Shown: positions 1 through 7,091 of the stretch, piece after piece
Numbering within the stretch: the stretch's first letter is position 1
How the letters are laid out: every line of letters begins with the position of its first letter
IMG/VR virus record: IMGVR_UViG_3300044724_003511
Coordinates: 1-30,958 of that record
From: a virus
Lineage: Duplodnaviria; Caudoviricetes
Reading direction: 5' to 3' (one strand)
Length of the DNA: 30,958 nt
Program-made: the position numbers and the translations under genes
The notes under the pieces: generated by a model
What the model was told of the DNA's origin: nothing
Database searches by the model: none
Seen by the model: the letters and a program-made list of their open reading frames with translations, nothing else

Positions 1-201
1 TGTCAGGCAGAGGCAGACTTTATGCTAAAGCATCGCAAAAACTATCATGTAGGAGACACTATCGGTCGATTTGAAGGTATAGGATACAGTGTTAATGGCA
101 AAGTGCCGCTAACCTGTACTCCAGATAAAGAGATGAAACTAACCGGCGATGCTACAGCACAAGACGGTAACATTGTAACAAGAGTTAGGAGTTGGAGATG
201 A
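1..201 (+). CDS. 3' end of a hypothetical protein (partial; ...CQAEADFMLKHRKNYHVG...RVRSWR*)
   Basis: Open frame +1 from the window edge to TGA at 199-201; same orientation as all other genes. Confidence 0.7.
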   Translation, partial: CQAEADFMLKHRKNYHVGDTIGRFEGIGYSVNGKVPLTCTPDKEMKLTGDATAQDGNIVTRVRSWR

Positions 202-278
202 ATAATTATTGGTCTTGGATCGCGCTGTTTGGACTTCTTGTTTCGCCACTCTTTTTTATGATGTGTGATAGAAAATAA
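198..278 (+). CDS. small hydrophobic peptide (26 aa, MNNYWSWIALFGLLVSPLFFMMCDRK)
   Basis: ATGA overlap with the upstream stop; single hydrophobic stretch. Confidence 0.4.
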   Translation: MNNYWSWIALFGLLVSPLFFMMCDRK

Positions 279-288
279 TATTGGCAAT

Positions 289-362
289 GGACTCGTAGCT
301 CAGTTGGTTAGAGCGTCCGACTCATAATCGGCAGGTCGAGTGTTCAAGTCACTCCGAGTCTA
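289..362 (+). tRNA. tRNA with CAU anticodon (Ile2-lysidine type or elongator Met); CCA not encoded
   Basis: Acceptor GGACTCG/CGAGTCT+A, D-arm TAGCTCAGTTGGTTAGAGC, anticodon loop CT-CAT-AA, T-loop GTTCAAGTC; lacks initiator features. Confidence 0.95.
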
Positions 363-363
363 C

Positions 364-520
364 TTAGAACTGTTAGTGGGAGCAATGGAAATCGGTTTAG
401 GGTAATTAACGATGACTGGTCAGACACAGACTGGTCATGCGCTGTATCTCTGGATTGGTGGAATCAAGCAGTCTGAGTGTCACGGGTCTGTGTTTGCGTT
501 CGTACCACTCTCAGTTCTAA
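364..520 (+). ncRNA. putative structured ncRNA (long irregular hairpin with a central bubble; 6S-like shape)
   Basis: TTAGAACTG 364-372 pairs CAGTTCTAA 512-520; AGTGG/CCACT; CAGACACAGAC 421-431 pairs GTCTGTGTTTG 486-496; no ORF. Confidence 0.55.
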
Positions 521-546
521 ATTTCTAAAAAATTAAAGATTACCCA

Positions 547-574
547 TTGACATTCCGATATTGTATGGTATAAT
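547..574 (+). promoter_or_regulatory. sigma70-type promoter upstream of rIIA
   Basis: TTGACA-16nt-TATAAT. Confidence 0.8.
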
Positions 575-612
575 AGAGCCATACAACCAACCACTCTTTT
601 AAGGAATTAAAT

Positions 613-2511
613 ATGAAGATGGCAACTGCCCCACAAGACGTTATGCTTCCAGAGTCTTTCGAGCAGCGTGACGTTGCTATCGGTGATGTAGCTTTTATTC
701 TCGATATGTTTGCTGATAAAGTTTACAGCAACAAAGAACGTGCCGTTATCCGCGAGTTAGCATGTAACGCTCACGACTCTCACGTTATGGCTGGCACAAC
801 GGACGTTCCGTTCGATGTTCACCTACCTACCCAACTAGAACCTTGGTTCTGTATTCGTGACTACGGAACTGGTCTTAAAGACAATGAGATCGCAGAAATT
901 TATGGTGCTATTGGGGTCAGCACCAAGCGCGATAGCAACGAGGTCATTGGTTGCTTCGGTATCGGCAGTCTATCGCCGTACTCTATGTGCGATAGTTTTA
1001 CTGTTAAAAGTTATCTCAACGGCGAAGTGCGTACCTACCAGTGTATGCGTGACGAGAAGCGTCAACCAAAAGTTATCCCTCTTGGTGTAGCGTCAACCGA
1101 CGAACCTAATGGTTTAGAGGTCAAGCTAACTGTCGGTGGCAAAGTGTCCGAGTTTGAGGTAGAAGCAGAACAGGTTTTCATGTTCTGGGAAGGTACGCTT
1201 CCAAGGATCAACAACCAACAAGTAATTAGAAGATGTAAGGAAATGCGTGATGCTTACGTTTTCAAAGGTGATGATTTTGGACTTACTCCTTGGTGGGGTA
1301 ATATGTACGCTCTTATGGGCAACATCGCTTATAAGATTCCATCACAACTTGATGAGTTTGACATTGATGGTTACTTAAAGTTTGACCTCGGAGAGTTAGA
1401 GTTTGATACTGCTCGCGAGAACCTATCTATGACTGATAAAACCAAGGCAGCACTCAAAGCTAAGTTTGCTTCAGTAAAAGATAGTCTCAAAGATATTGCT
1501 ATCGAGCAGATCAAAGAAAAGACCACACCTTTCGAGCAAGCAAAGTTAGCAGAAACGCTACGAGCAGGTCGTATTGGTCAATTCATCGGTCGTCAGAACC
1601 TAGATGAGTTTGTGTTACCAGAACCAAGCGAATCGGTGACATACTGGCAAGCAAAGTACCGTGGCAGCGAGAAGTATAAAACTGCCAGCATTACTACCAC
1701 CGCTGACTATTACCTTGACAAGCCAAGGATGCAGACCCGTATTAAATCATACCTAAAAGATAAGAACAGTGGTTATACTATGTTTATCTTCAAGGATTTA
1801 GCACAAGCATTGGAGTGTAAGATTCCAGTAGAATTGCTAAAGGATTTAGATGATCTGCCAAAGGTTCATCGTACATCGTATGGTAGCGGTAATGTTAGCA
1901 AGTGTAAAACATTAAAGTTTGTTAAAGGTAATTACCGATATAATGACGCTGATTACTGGAACGAGTACGACCTTGAACTAGATGGTTCAGAGGTTGTCTA
2001 TGTAGAAGTCAATCGTAACAAGGTAGTGTATGATGCTAGATATTTAGATTGTAACAGTCAGGTCAGGTCTACTATAGAAAGTTGCGAGAAGCATGTTGGT
2101 GACATTGAATTAGTTGGACTCAAGACCGCTTTCCTCAAGACCAAGGCATTTCGTGATGGTAACTTTATTCACCTACACGATTACCTAAAGCGAGAACTTG
2201 CTGCCAAAGCACCTAAAAGTTTCCATAAGTTTGATAGCGACCATCTTGACAGGATTCAAACTATCAACAGATACATCCAGCAAAATGAGGTTAGTGAGAT
2301 CATCAACCTCGCACAATCCTGTAAGGATGTGTCTATTGCTGATTTTTGTGAAAAACTGGGTGTAAGTATTGATACTACAGAAGATACCTCGCTCCAAGAT
2401 TTAATGGATAAGTTTAACGACAAGTATAGTATGCTTACACTTATCTACTCATATCGTATTGGTTCTGACAAAGAAATTATTGCAAAATATCTTGGCGGAA
2501 AAGTTAGATAA
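613..2511 (+). CDS. rIIA: rIIA-like protein (N-terminal GHKL/HATPase domain)
   Basis: YSNKERAVIRELACNAHDSH, IRDYGTGL, STKRDSNEVIGCFGIGSLSP are motifs typical of phage rIIA; RBS AAGGA; rIIB nearby. Confidence 0.9.
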   Translation: MKMATAPQDVMLPESFEQRDVAIGDVAFILDMFADKVYSNKERAVIRELACNAHDSHVMAGTTDVPFDVHLPTQLEPWFCIRDYGTGLKDNEIAEIYGAIGVSTKRDSNEVIGCFGIGSLSPYSMCDSFTVKSYLNGEVRTYQCMRDEKRQPKVIPLGVASTDEPNGLEVKLTVGGKVSEFEVEAEQVFMFWEGTLPRINNQQVIRRCKEMRDAYVFKGDDFGLTPWWGNMYALMGNIAYKIPSQLDEFDIDGYLKFDLGELEFDTARENLSMTDKTKAALKAKFASVKDSLKDIAIEQIKEKTTPFEQAKLAETLRAGRIGQFIGRQNLDEFVLPEPSESVTYWQAKYRGSEKYKTASITTTADYYLDKPRMQTRIKSYLKDKNSGYTMFIFKDLAQALECKIPVELLKDLDDLPKVHRTSYGSGNVSKCKTLKFVKGNYRYNDADYWNEYDLELDGSEVVYVEVNRNKVVYDARYLDCNSQVRSTIESCEKHVGDIELVGLKTAFLKTKAFRDGNFIHLHDYLKRELAAKAPKSFHKFDSDHLDRIQTINRYIQQNEVSEIINLAQSCKDVSIADFCEKLGVSIDTTEDTSLQDLMDKFNDKYSMLTLIYSYRIGSDKEIIAKYLGGKVR

Positions 2512-2527
2512 TTTTTCAAGATTCCTC

Positions 2528-2556
2528 TTGACTTTTACCGATGCCTATGATATAAT
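2528..2556 (+). promoter_or_regulatory. sigma70-type promoter
   Basis: TTGACT-17nt-TATAAT. Confidence 0.85.
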
Positions 2557-2559
2557 AAG

Positions 2560-2629
2560 AATGTGCGGGTGAGGCGGCGTTCAGGGTGTCGTCCAAACCA
2601 TAACCCGATGAAGTTGGATTCCCGCCATT
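2560..2629 (+). ncRNA. putative structured leader or small RNA (three-way junction)
   Basis: GCGGG/CCCGC closing stem enclosing GGCGGCG/TGTCGTC and CCAA.AC/GTTGG hairpins, directly after the promoter. Confidence 0.4.
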
Positions 2630-2656
2630 TTTCCTGCCAACCACAAGGAGATTTAT

Positions 2657-3028
2657 ATGAGCTTACCAAGACCAACCCCTTTGAGAAAGAAGGGTAAGAT
2701 GATCCCAAAAGATGAGTTGATGTTTTGGGTGGAGAACAATGTAAAGACAGATGGTTTAGAGATCGTAAAGATTAGAGACACATACCTCTGGACTGTTGGA
2801 GATTACGAGCGTCATCGTCTTGATGTGTTTGATAAGTTCTACCCAGATGGCGAGGGTGAATTTTGTTGGACAAATCGTGTAGGTGATAAAAGTTTTTTCT
2901 TGCATTACAATACTCAAACCAAGACAATAACTGATAGAACAACTGGCCGTGTTGAAGTTAAGGATAAGCGCGCAGGTTTACAAGGGATTGCTAAAGGCGG
3001 AGAACGTATCGGTAAATCGTTTAGGTGA
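2657..3028 (+). CDS. hypothetical protein
   Basis: 123-aa ORF with RBS AAGGAG. Confidence 0.8.
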   Translation: MSLPRPTPLRKKGKMIPKDELMFWVENNVKTDGLEIVKIRDTYLWTVGDYERHRLDVFDKFYPDGEGEFCWTNRVGDKSFFLHYNTQTKTITDRTTGRVEVKDKRAGLQGIAKGGERIGKSFR

Positions 3029-3032
3029 TATT

Positions 3033-3218
3033 ATGACTAAGAATGTAATTATTGAATTAGACGAAGATGGTTTTGTTGTGGCGGTTTATTGTCCAGATGA
3101 AACCTATGTGGTAAACGTGCTTGATCGTAATGAATGGAGAGATGATTGCGATGAGAGCATGGACAATTATTATCGAAGTCTTGAAGAAGAAATAGATAAT
3201 TTAAAGAATTGCTATTGA
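3033..3218 (+). CDS. small acidic hypothetical protein (MTKNVIIELDEDG...)
   Basis: Internal ATG at 3033 with AGGTGA RBS is preferred over the track start at 2949. Confidence 0.7.
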   Translation: MTKNVIIELDEDGFVVAVYCPDETYVVNVLDRNEWRDDCDESMDNYYRSLEEEIDNLKNCY

Positions 3219-3223
3219 TGCTC

Positions 3224-3252
3224 TTGACATTTGACGATTAGTATAGTATAAT
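3224..3252 (+). promoter_or_regulatory. sigma70-type promoter upstream of rIIB
   Basis: TTGACA-17nt-TATAAT. Confidence 0.85.
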
Positions 3253-3290
3253 AGGATCAAACACTTTCACTTTCTTTTAGCGAGGTTAAA

Positions 3291-4127
3291 ATGCTTACTG
3301 CAATCAAGTCTAACGACAATCACTGGACTGTAACCCTTGGTGGTCAGCCATTTCAGTTCGATCATACACATCCACAATATGCGGGATTAGTAGAATGTAC
3401 GCATACTGATGACGAGGATGAGTTTGTTCGTCTGTTTAATACTGGTCATGAGATCGAGAACTGGTCAGAAGGCGACTTTGAGTTTCGCGATGGTTTCCTC
3501 TACTTCGAGGACGAGCAGGTTGCTAGTCAGCCAACCAGTCGGGTCATTGAAATGATCCAGCAAGGTTTCCCTCATAAGCCAATGCTCAACTATTTGACAA
3601 ATCTTTATGATAACGTCAGTGAGCGTGCGGTTCAAGAATCGTACACTTGGTCAAGCCATAAGGGTTTGCCGATCACCGATGACGGTATGATGGTTGGGTA
3701 TAAAGGTGTGCGTCCTCATGCTGGCGAGACTATCAACGTAAAGAATGGCGAACTGAAAGATGGCGATCTCGTTGACATTTACACTGGTAAAACTTTCCGC
3801 AACAATGTTGGTGATGTATGCAGCATGAAGCGACGACAAGTTTGTGACGACCATACTCAGGGTTGTTCTAGTGGTTTGCATGTCGGCACTTACGAGTACG
3901 CCTGTGACTGGGCAGGCAACAGTGGCGTTGTCGTACTGGTTAAGTTTAACCCAAAGGATATTGTCAGTGTACCATCTGACTGTAACTGTCAGAAGATGCG
4001 AGTCAGCGAGTACGAAGTAGTAGCTGTTGCTCGCGAGCAACTCGAAGAAGCGGTCTACGGTTATCAGGTTGACTGCGATGATGAACACGATGAATACTTT
4101 AGCGAGTATGATGAAGCAGATTTCTAA
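3291..4127 (+). CDS. rIIB: rIIB-like protein
   Basis: LPITDDGMMVGYKGV, CSSGLHVG, VKFNPKDIVSVPSD..QKMRVSEYEVV match the rIIB C-terminal motifs. Confidence 0.9.
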   Translation: MLTAIKSNDNHWTVTLGGQPFQFDHTHPQYAGLVECTHTDDEDEFVRLFNTGHEIENWSEGDFEFRDGFLYFEDEQVASQPTSRVIEMIQQGFPHKPMLNYLTNLYDNVSERAVQESYTWSSHKGLPITDDGMMVGYKGVRPHAGETINVKNGELKDGDLVDIYTGKTFRNNVGDVCSMKRRQVCDDHTQGCSSGLHVGTYEYACDWAGNSGVVVLVKFNPKDIVSVPSDCNCQKMRVSEYEVVAVAREQLEEAVYGYQVDCDDEHDEYFSEYDEADF

Positions 4128-4144
4128 ACTGTGGTTGGTTTAGT

Positions 4145-4181
4145 GGGGGTGGAGAAATCTGCCCCCTTTCTTTTCTTTTTT
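4145..4181 (+). terminator. intrinsic terminator
   Basis: GGGGGTGGA-GAAA-TCTGCCCCC hairpin plus T-rich tail. Confidence 0.8.
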
Positions 4182-4196
4182 CAAGGAGACTAAGTT

Positions 4197-4376
4197 ATGA
4201 ACGAAACTGTGTCAGACGTTGATTGGGAAATTAAACAGCTTGAAGCGGCTATTCAATACTACCAAAAGGGTGTAAGGGATGCGCTAACTATTGATGAAGC
4301 AGAAAAATATACGGCAACTATTATGAACCTAACTAACCAGATTAGACTGTTGAAAAGGAGAAAAGATGGACTGTGA
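4197..4376 (+). CDS. hypothetical protein (59 aa, MNETVSDVDWEIKQLE...)
   Basis: RBS AAGGAG; open frame below the track cut-off. Confidence 0.7.
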   Translation: MNETVSDVDWEIKQLEAAIQYYQKGVRDALTIDEAEKYTATIMNLTNQIRLLKRRKDGL

Positions 4377-4524
4377 CAATAACCAAACTGTAGAATGGAT
4401 TGATGACCACAAGAAAAAGTCCAGCGAAGATTACAACCCTTATAGTTATGTATGTGAGGTCGATCTTATGGAAAGTGGTTGTCGTGAAATTTTAGAGGAC
4501 TTTGATTGGGGATATGAAGATTAA
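4366..4524 (+). CDS. small acidic hypothetical protein (52 aa)
   Basis: RBS AAGGAG; overlaps the upstream stop. Confidence 0.6.
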   Translation: MDCDNNQTVEWIDDHKKKSSEDYNPYSYVCEVDLMESGCREILEDFDWGYED

Positions 4525-4527
4525 GCT

Positions 4528-4779
4528 ATGAAGATTTTATTTTTGGTTTTGATTTTTTGTACGGTAAACAATACTTTAATTCAAGCAAAAGATCAGAGCC
4601 AGTTTATCAAGCATACAATTCGCTACGAACCGTTGCCGGTTGTTACTGCTAAACTAAAAGAATCGAACGATGTTAATAGACGCTTTTTAAAAAGAATTTT
4701 AGGAGAAAAGAATGAAGGGAATTTCTGTTGTCGCAATCTTGTTTTTTCTAGGGGTTGCAAGCGATGTTCGTGCAGATGA
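4528..4779 (+). CDS. hypothetical protein with N-terminal signal-like segment
   Basis: ORF track; hydrophobic N-terminus. Confidence 0.55.
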   Translation: MKILFLVLIFCTVNNTLIQAKDQSQFIKHTIRYEPLPVVTAKLKESNDVNRRFLKRILGEKNEGNFCCRNLVFSRGCKRCSCR

Positions 4780-5158
4780 ATGTTGCAAACCTCCGAGGCG
4801 AGTTGTTGAATTTAAATGTGTTAGTCCATGTGATATTCTTACCGGTGTTGGATGTTATTTAAAAGATGTGACATGCCTTACCGTTGATGGTGTGAAAACA
4901 GTTGTTACTGCTCCATTCAAAGCAGAGTGTTGTATTCCAAAGCCTAAGCGATGGGTATATGTCAAGCCTGAGTGGAGTTATGAGCGAGGTTATTTTAAAA
5001 AACTAGATGAGCCTACTCACTACAAAGGGTTTCCACTGGTTCCACCGAAGATTGACATGGGTAAACCCTTACCGAAAGATAAAGAGTATATCTTACCTTT
5101 GCATCGCGACCCAGCCGAGTCTACTGATTTTGTAACTCTCTATAAACGTAAATTCTAG
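4712..5158 (+). CDS. Cys-rich exported hypothetical protein
   Basis: Signal peptide ending VRA|DECC; RBS AGGAG. Confidence 0.75.
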   Translation: MKGISVVAILFFLGVASDVRADECCKPPRRVVEFKCVSPCDILTGVGCYLKDVTCLTVDGVKTVVTAPFKAECCIPKPKRWVYVKPEWSYERGYFKKLDEPTHYKGFPLVPPKIDMGKPLPKDKEYILPLHRDPAESTDFVTLYKRKF

Positions 5159-5184
5159 TTTTGTCTGTGACTAGATTTTATTCA

Positions 5185-5219
5185 GGCCAGATTCCGTTCT
5201 TCGGTTTCTGGCTTTTTTT
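5185..5219 (+). terminator. intrinsic terminator
   Basis: GCCAGA..CCG/CGG..TCTGGC hairpin plus T7. Confidence 0.75.
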
Positions 5220-5231
5220 GTGAAGTTTCGG

Positions 5232-5260
5232 TTGACTTTAGACGATGTATAGGATATAAT
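5232..5260 (+). promoter_or_regulatory. sigma70-type promoter of the tRNA/ncRNA/TnpB-like operon
   Basis: TTGACT-17nt-TATAAT. Confidence 0.85.
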
Positions 5261-5283
5261 GATAAGACAGAACTGTTAATGAT

Positions 5284-5357
5284 GGACTGGTAGCTCAGTT
5301 GGTCAGAGCAGGAAACTCATAATTTCTTGGTCGGGGGTTCAAGTCCCTCCCAGTCTA
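5284..5357 (+). tRNA. tRNA with CAU anticodon (Met or Ile2); CCA not encoded
   Basis: Acceptor GGACTGG/CCAGTCT+A; anticodon arm GGAAA-CTCATAA-TTTCT; T-loop GTTCAAGTC. Confidence 0.95.
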
Positions 5358-5370
5358 CTCTGAATTAAAT

Positions 5371-5424
5371 AAAATTAAGTTTTGGTGATTCTTACATGAT
5401 AATTCAGGAACAACAAAATCACCA
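5371..5424 (+). ncRNA. pseudoknot repeat element, copy 1 (unknown family)
   Basis: AAA-AT-TAAG-TT-t-TGGTGA-TT-CTTA-c-AT-...-CAAAA-TCACCA; fills the gap between two tRNAs. Confidence 0.75.
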
Positions 5425-5427
5425 CAC

Positions 5428-5500
5428 GCCCTTGTAGCTCAATGGATAGAGCAACAGACTTCTAATCTGTAGGTTACACGTTCGAGTCGTGTCAGGGGTG
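5428..5500 (+). tRNA. tRNA-Arg(UCU)
   Basis: Acceptor GCCCTTG/CAGGGGT+G; anticodon arm ACAGA-CTTCTAA-TCTGT; T-loop GTTCGAGTC. Confidence 0.95.
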
Positions 5501-5516
5501 CTTACTGGTACAAATA

Positions 5517-5569
5517 AAAGTTAAGTTTATCGGTTCTTAAACGATGTATCAGCAACATCAAAACCGATA
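5517..5569 (+). ncRNA. pseudoknot repeat element, copy 2
   Basis: AAA-GT-TAAG-TT-TATCGG-TT-CTTA-a-AC-...-CAAAA-CCGATA. Confidence 0.75.
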
Positions 5570-5616
5570 TTTGTGTTTATGTTTGTTTGTTTACTCTAGT
5601 ATGGGGAACCCGTTAG

Positions 5617-6888
5617 ATGACGGATTCAATTCGTGACGGTGTAATACCGATTGTTAGAAACGCTAAGTTCTGGGGGCTAAAGTTTAGCCCAGAGTTCATG
5701 AGCGATTATCGTAAGACTGTTGCTGTAATTAACAGCATACTTTCTGAACTAAGAAAGAGTCTTGTTTCTGGTGAGATTGTAAAGATCGACCGATTTAAAA
5801 TCTACACCAAGGATGGTGAATACTCTGCTGCTGAGTATAATAAGCAGTTCTTGTCTCATCTGTATGATGTTGAGGGTAAGTGGAGCATGAAGCGTCAATT
5901 ATTGTTCTATGCTATGGAGCGATACACTGGATACGCAAATCGTAATGATAATAAGAAAGTTCCATCAATCACCATCAAGCAAGATAAGAGTCTCTACTAC
6001 AAAGAGTCTGGTTTTATCGAGGTGAATCTTGATGAAAGCAAACTGGTTGTAAAGACCCTGTGGGGCGAGCATGATGTTCCATTCAGTCATAGTTTGAAGG
6101 GCGAACGCATCAAGATGAAGAAGGGTAAGAAGGTGCTAACTACTGGTGGCAACTTCATAATCAGTCAGCGCGCTTTTGTTGCCGCTGTGGATTTTAATGT
6201 TGATGTATTGTACGAGCCAACAGGCGTACTTGCTAATGATCTAAATAAGTCAAGCAAGTCTTGGAATGTTTTTAATGATGGCTCGATCATCACTCCTAAT
6301 AGTGAGATTTCTAGGCTTACAAAGGAAATCTTCCAGCTTAATAAGTTGCTAGATCAGGATAAGAAATTGCCTGTTGACAAGCGACAACTAAATAGCAAAG
6401 AAAGGAGAAAGGTTCGTCTAGCTTGGAAGGAAGCTCATAAGCGTTTGCGTGGTCATTGTTTGATTATTGCAGACGAGATTTGCAGCAAGGCTATTGAAAG
6501 CGAAAGTTTGCTTTGTATTGATAGTGTCAAGACTGGTCAAAAGAATGGTACTTTTGGTCAAGACCATTTAATACCTGCCCTGCAAACCATGTGTGAAAAC
6601 CGAGGAATACCGTTTTATGTTGTTCCTTGCGCTAACACTTCCAGACGGTGTTCTGAATGTGGATATATTCACAAAGATAACAGGGTTGACACAGATAACT
6701 TTAGTTGTCAAGAATGTGGTCATCAATGCGATGCGCAACTGAATGGAGCAATTAACATCGCCTACCAAGGTTCGCGATTGTTTGAGGCTGGTGTACCATT
6801 TGGTAATTGGGCGAGAAGAAAAGTTGATACTCTTGTTGAAAAATACTCTCAACAGCAAATGTTAGTTGGTGACTCTAAGCATAGTTGA
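5617..6888 (+). CDS. tnpB: TnpB/Cas12f-like RuvC + zinc-ribbon protein, probably nuclease-impaired
   Basis: C-terminal NTSRRCSECG...FSCQECG...LNGAINIA zinc ribbon and RuvC-III; RuvC-I VLANDLN; RuvC-II LCIDSV; 423 aa. Confidence 0.85.
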   Translation: MTDSIRDGVIPIVRNAKFWGLKFSPEFMSDYRKTVAVINSILSELRKSLVSGEIVKIDRFKIYTKDGEYSAAEYNKQFLSHLYDVEGKWSMKRQLLFYAMERYTGYANRNDNKKVPSITIKQDKSLYYKESGFIEVNLDESKLVVKTLWGEHDVPFSHSLKGERIKMKKGKKVLTTGGNFIISQRAFVAAVDFNVDVLYEPTGVLANDLNKSSKSWNVFNDGSIITPNSEISRLTKEIFQLNKLLDQDKKLPVDKRQLNSKERRKVRLAWKEAHKRLRGHCLIIADEICSKAIESESLLCIDSVKTGQKNGTFGQDHLIPALQTMCENRGIPFYVVPCANTSRRCSECGYIHKDNRVDTDNFSCQECGHQCDAQLNGAINIAYQGSRLFEAGVPFGNWARRKVDTLVEKYSQQQMLVGDSKHS

Positions 6889-6921
6889 GGGATCAAGCAA
6901 AGTCACATAACTCTCACCAAT

Positions 6922-6973
6922 AAAGATAAGTTATAGAGTTCTTAGTCAAGGTGTGAGCAAAACCAAAACTCTA
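6922..6973 (+). ncRNA. pseudoknot repeat element, copy 3
   Basis: AAA-GA-TAAG-TT-a-TAGAG-TT-CTTA-g-TC-...-CAAAA-CTCTA; ends 3 nt before tRNA-Leu. Confidence 0.75.
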
Positions 6974-6976
6974 ATT

Positions 6977-7061
6977 GTCATCGTGGCGGAATAGGCAGAC
7001 GCAACGGACTTAAAATCCGTTTTCCATTATGGAAGTGAGGGTTCGACTCCCTCCGATGACA
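6977..7061 (+). tRNA. tRNA-Leu(UAA)
   Basis: Acceptor GTCATCG/CGATGAC+A; anticodon arm ACGGA-CTTAAAA-TCCGT; long variable arm TTCCAT/ATGGAA; T-loop GTTCGACTC. Confidence 0.95.
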
Positions 7062-7065
7062 CTCT

Positions 7066-7089
7066 AGCCCCGAAAGGGGCTTTTTATTT
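7066..7089 (+). terminator. intrinsic terminator
   Basis: AGCCCC-GAAA-GGGGCT plus T-run. Confidence 0.9.
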
Positions 7090-7091
7090 AG

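Noticed and set aside
451-475. SRP RNA domain IV-like motif (GGATTGGTGGAATCAAGCAGTC)
   Set aside because: It lacks the conserved CAGG strand and GNRA tetraloop geometry, which is too weak to call SRP.
5269-5278. AGAACTGTTA shared with 366-375
   Set aside because: A single 10-nt match with no further similarity is compatible with chance.
5570-6920. Active IS200/IS605/IS607 insertion sequence
   Set aside because: No TnpA or recombinase, no clear left-end hairpin, a degenerate RuvC site, and the gene is embedded in a tRNA operon.
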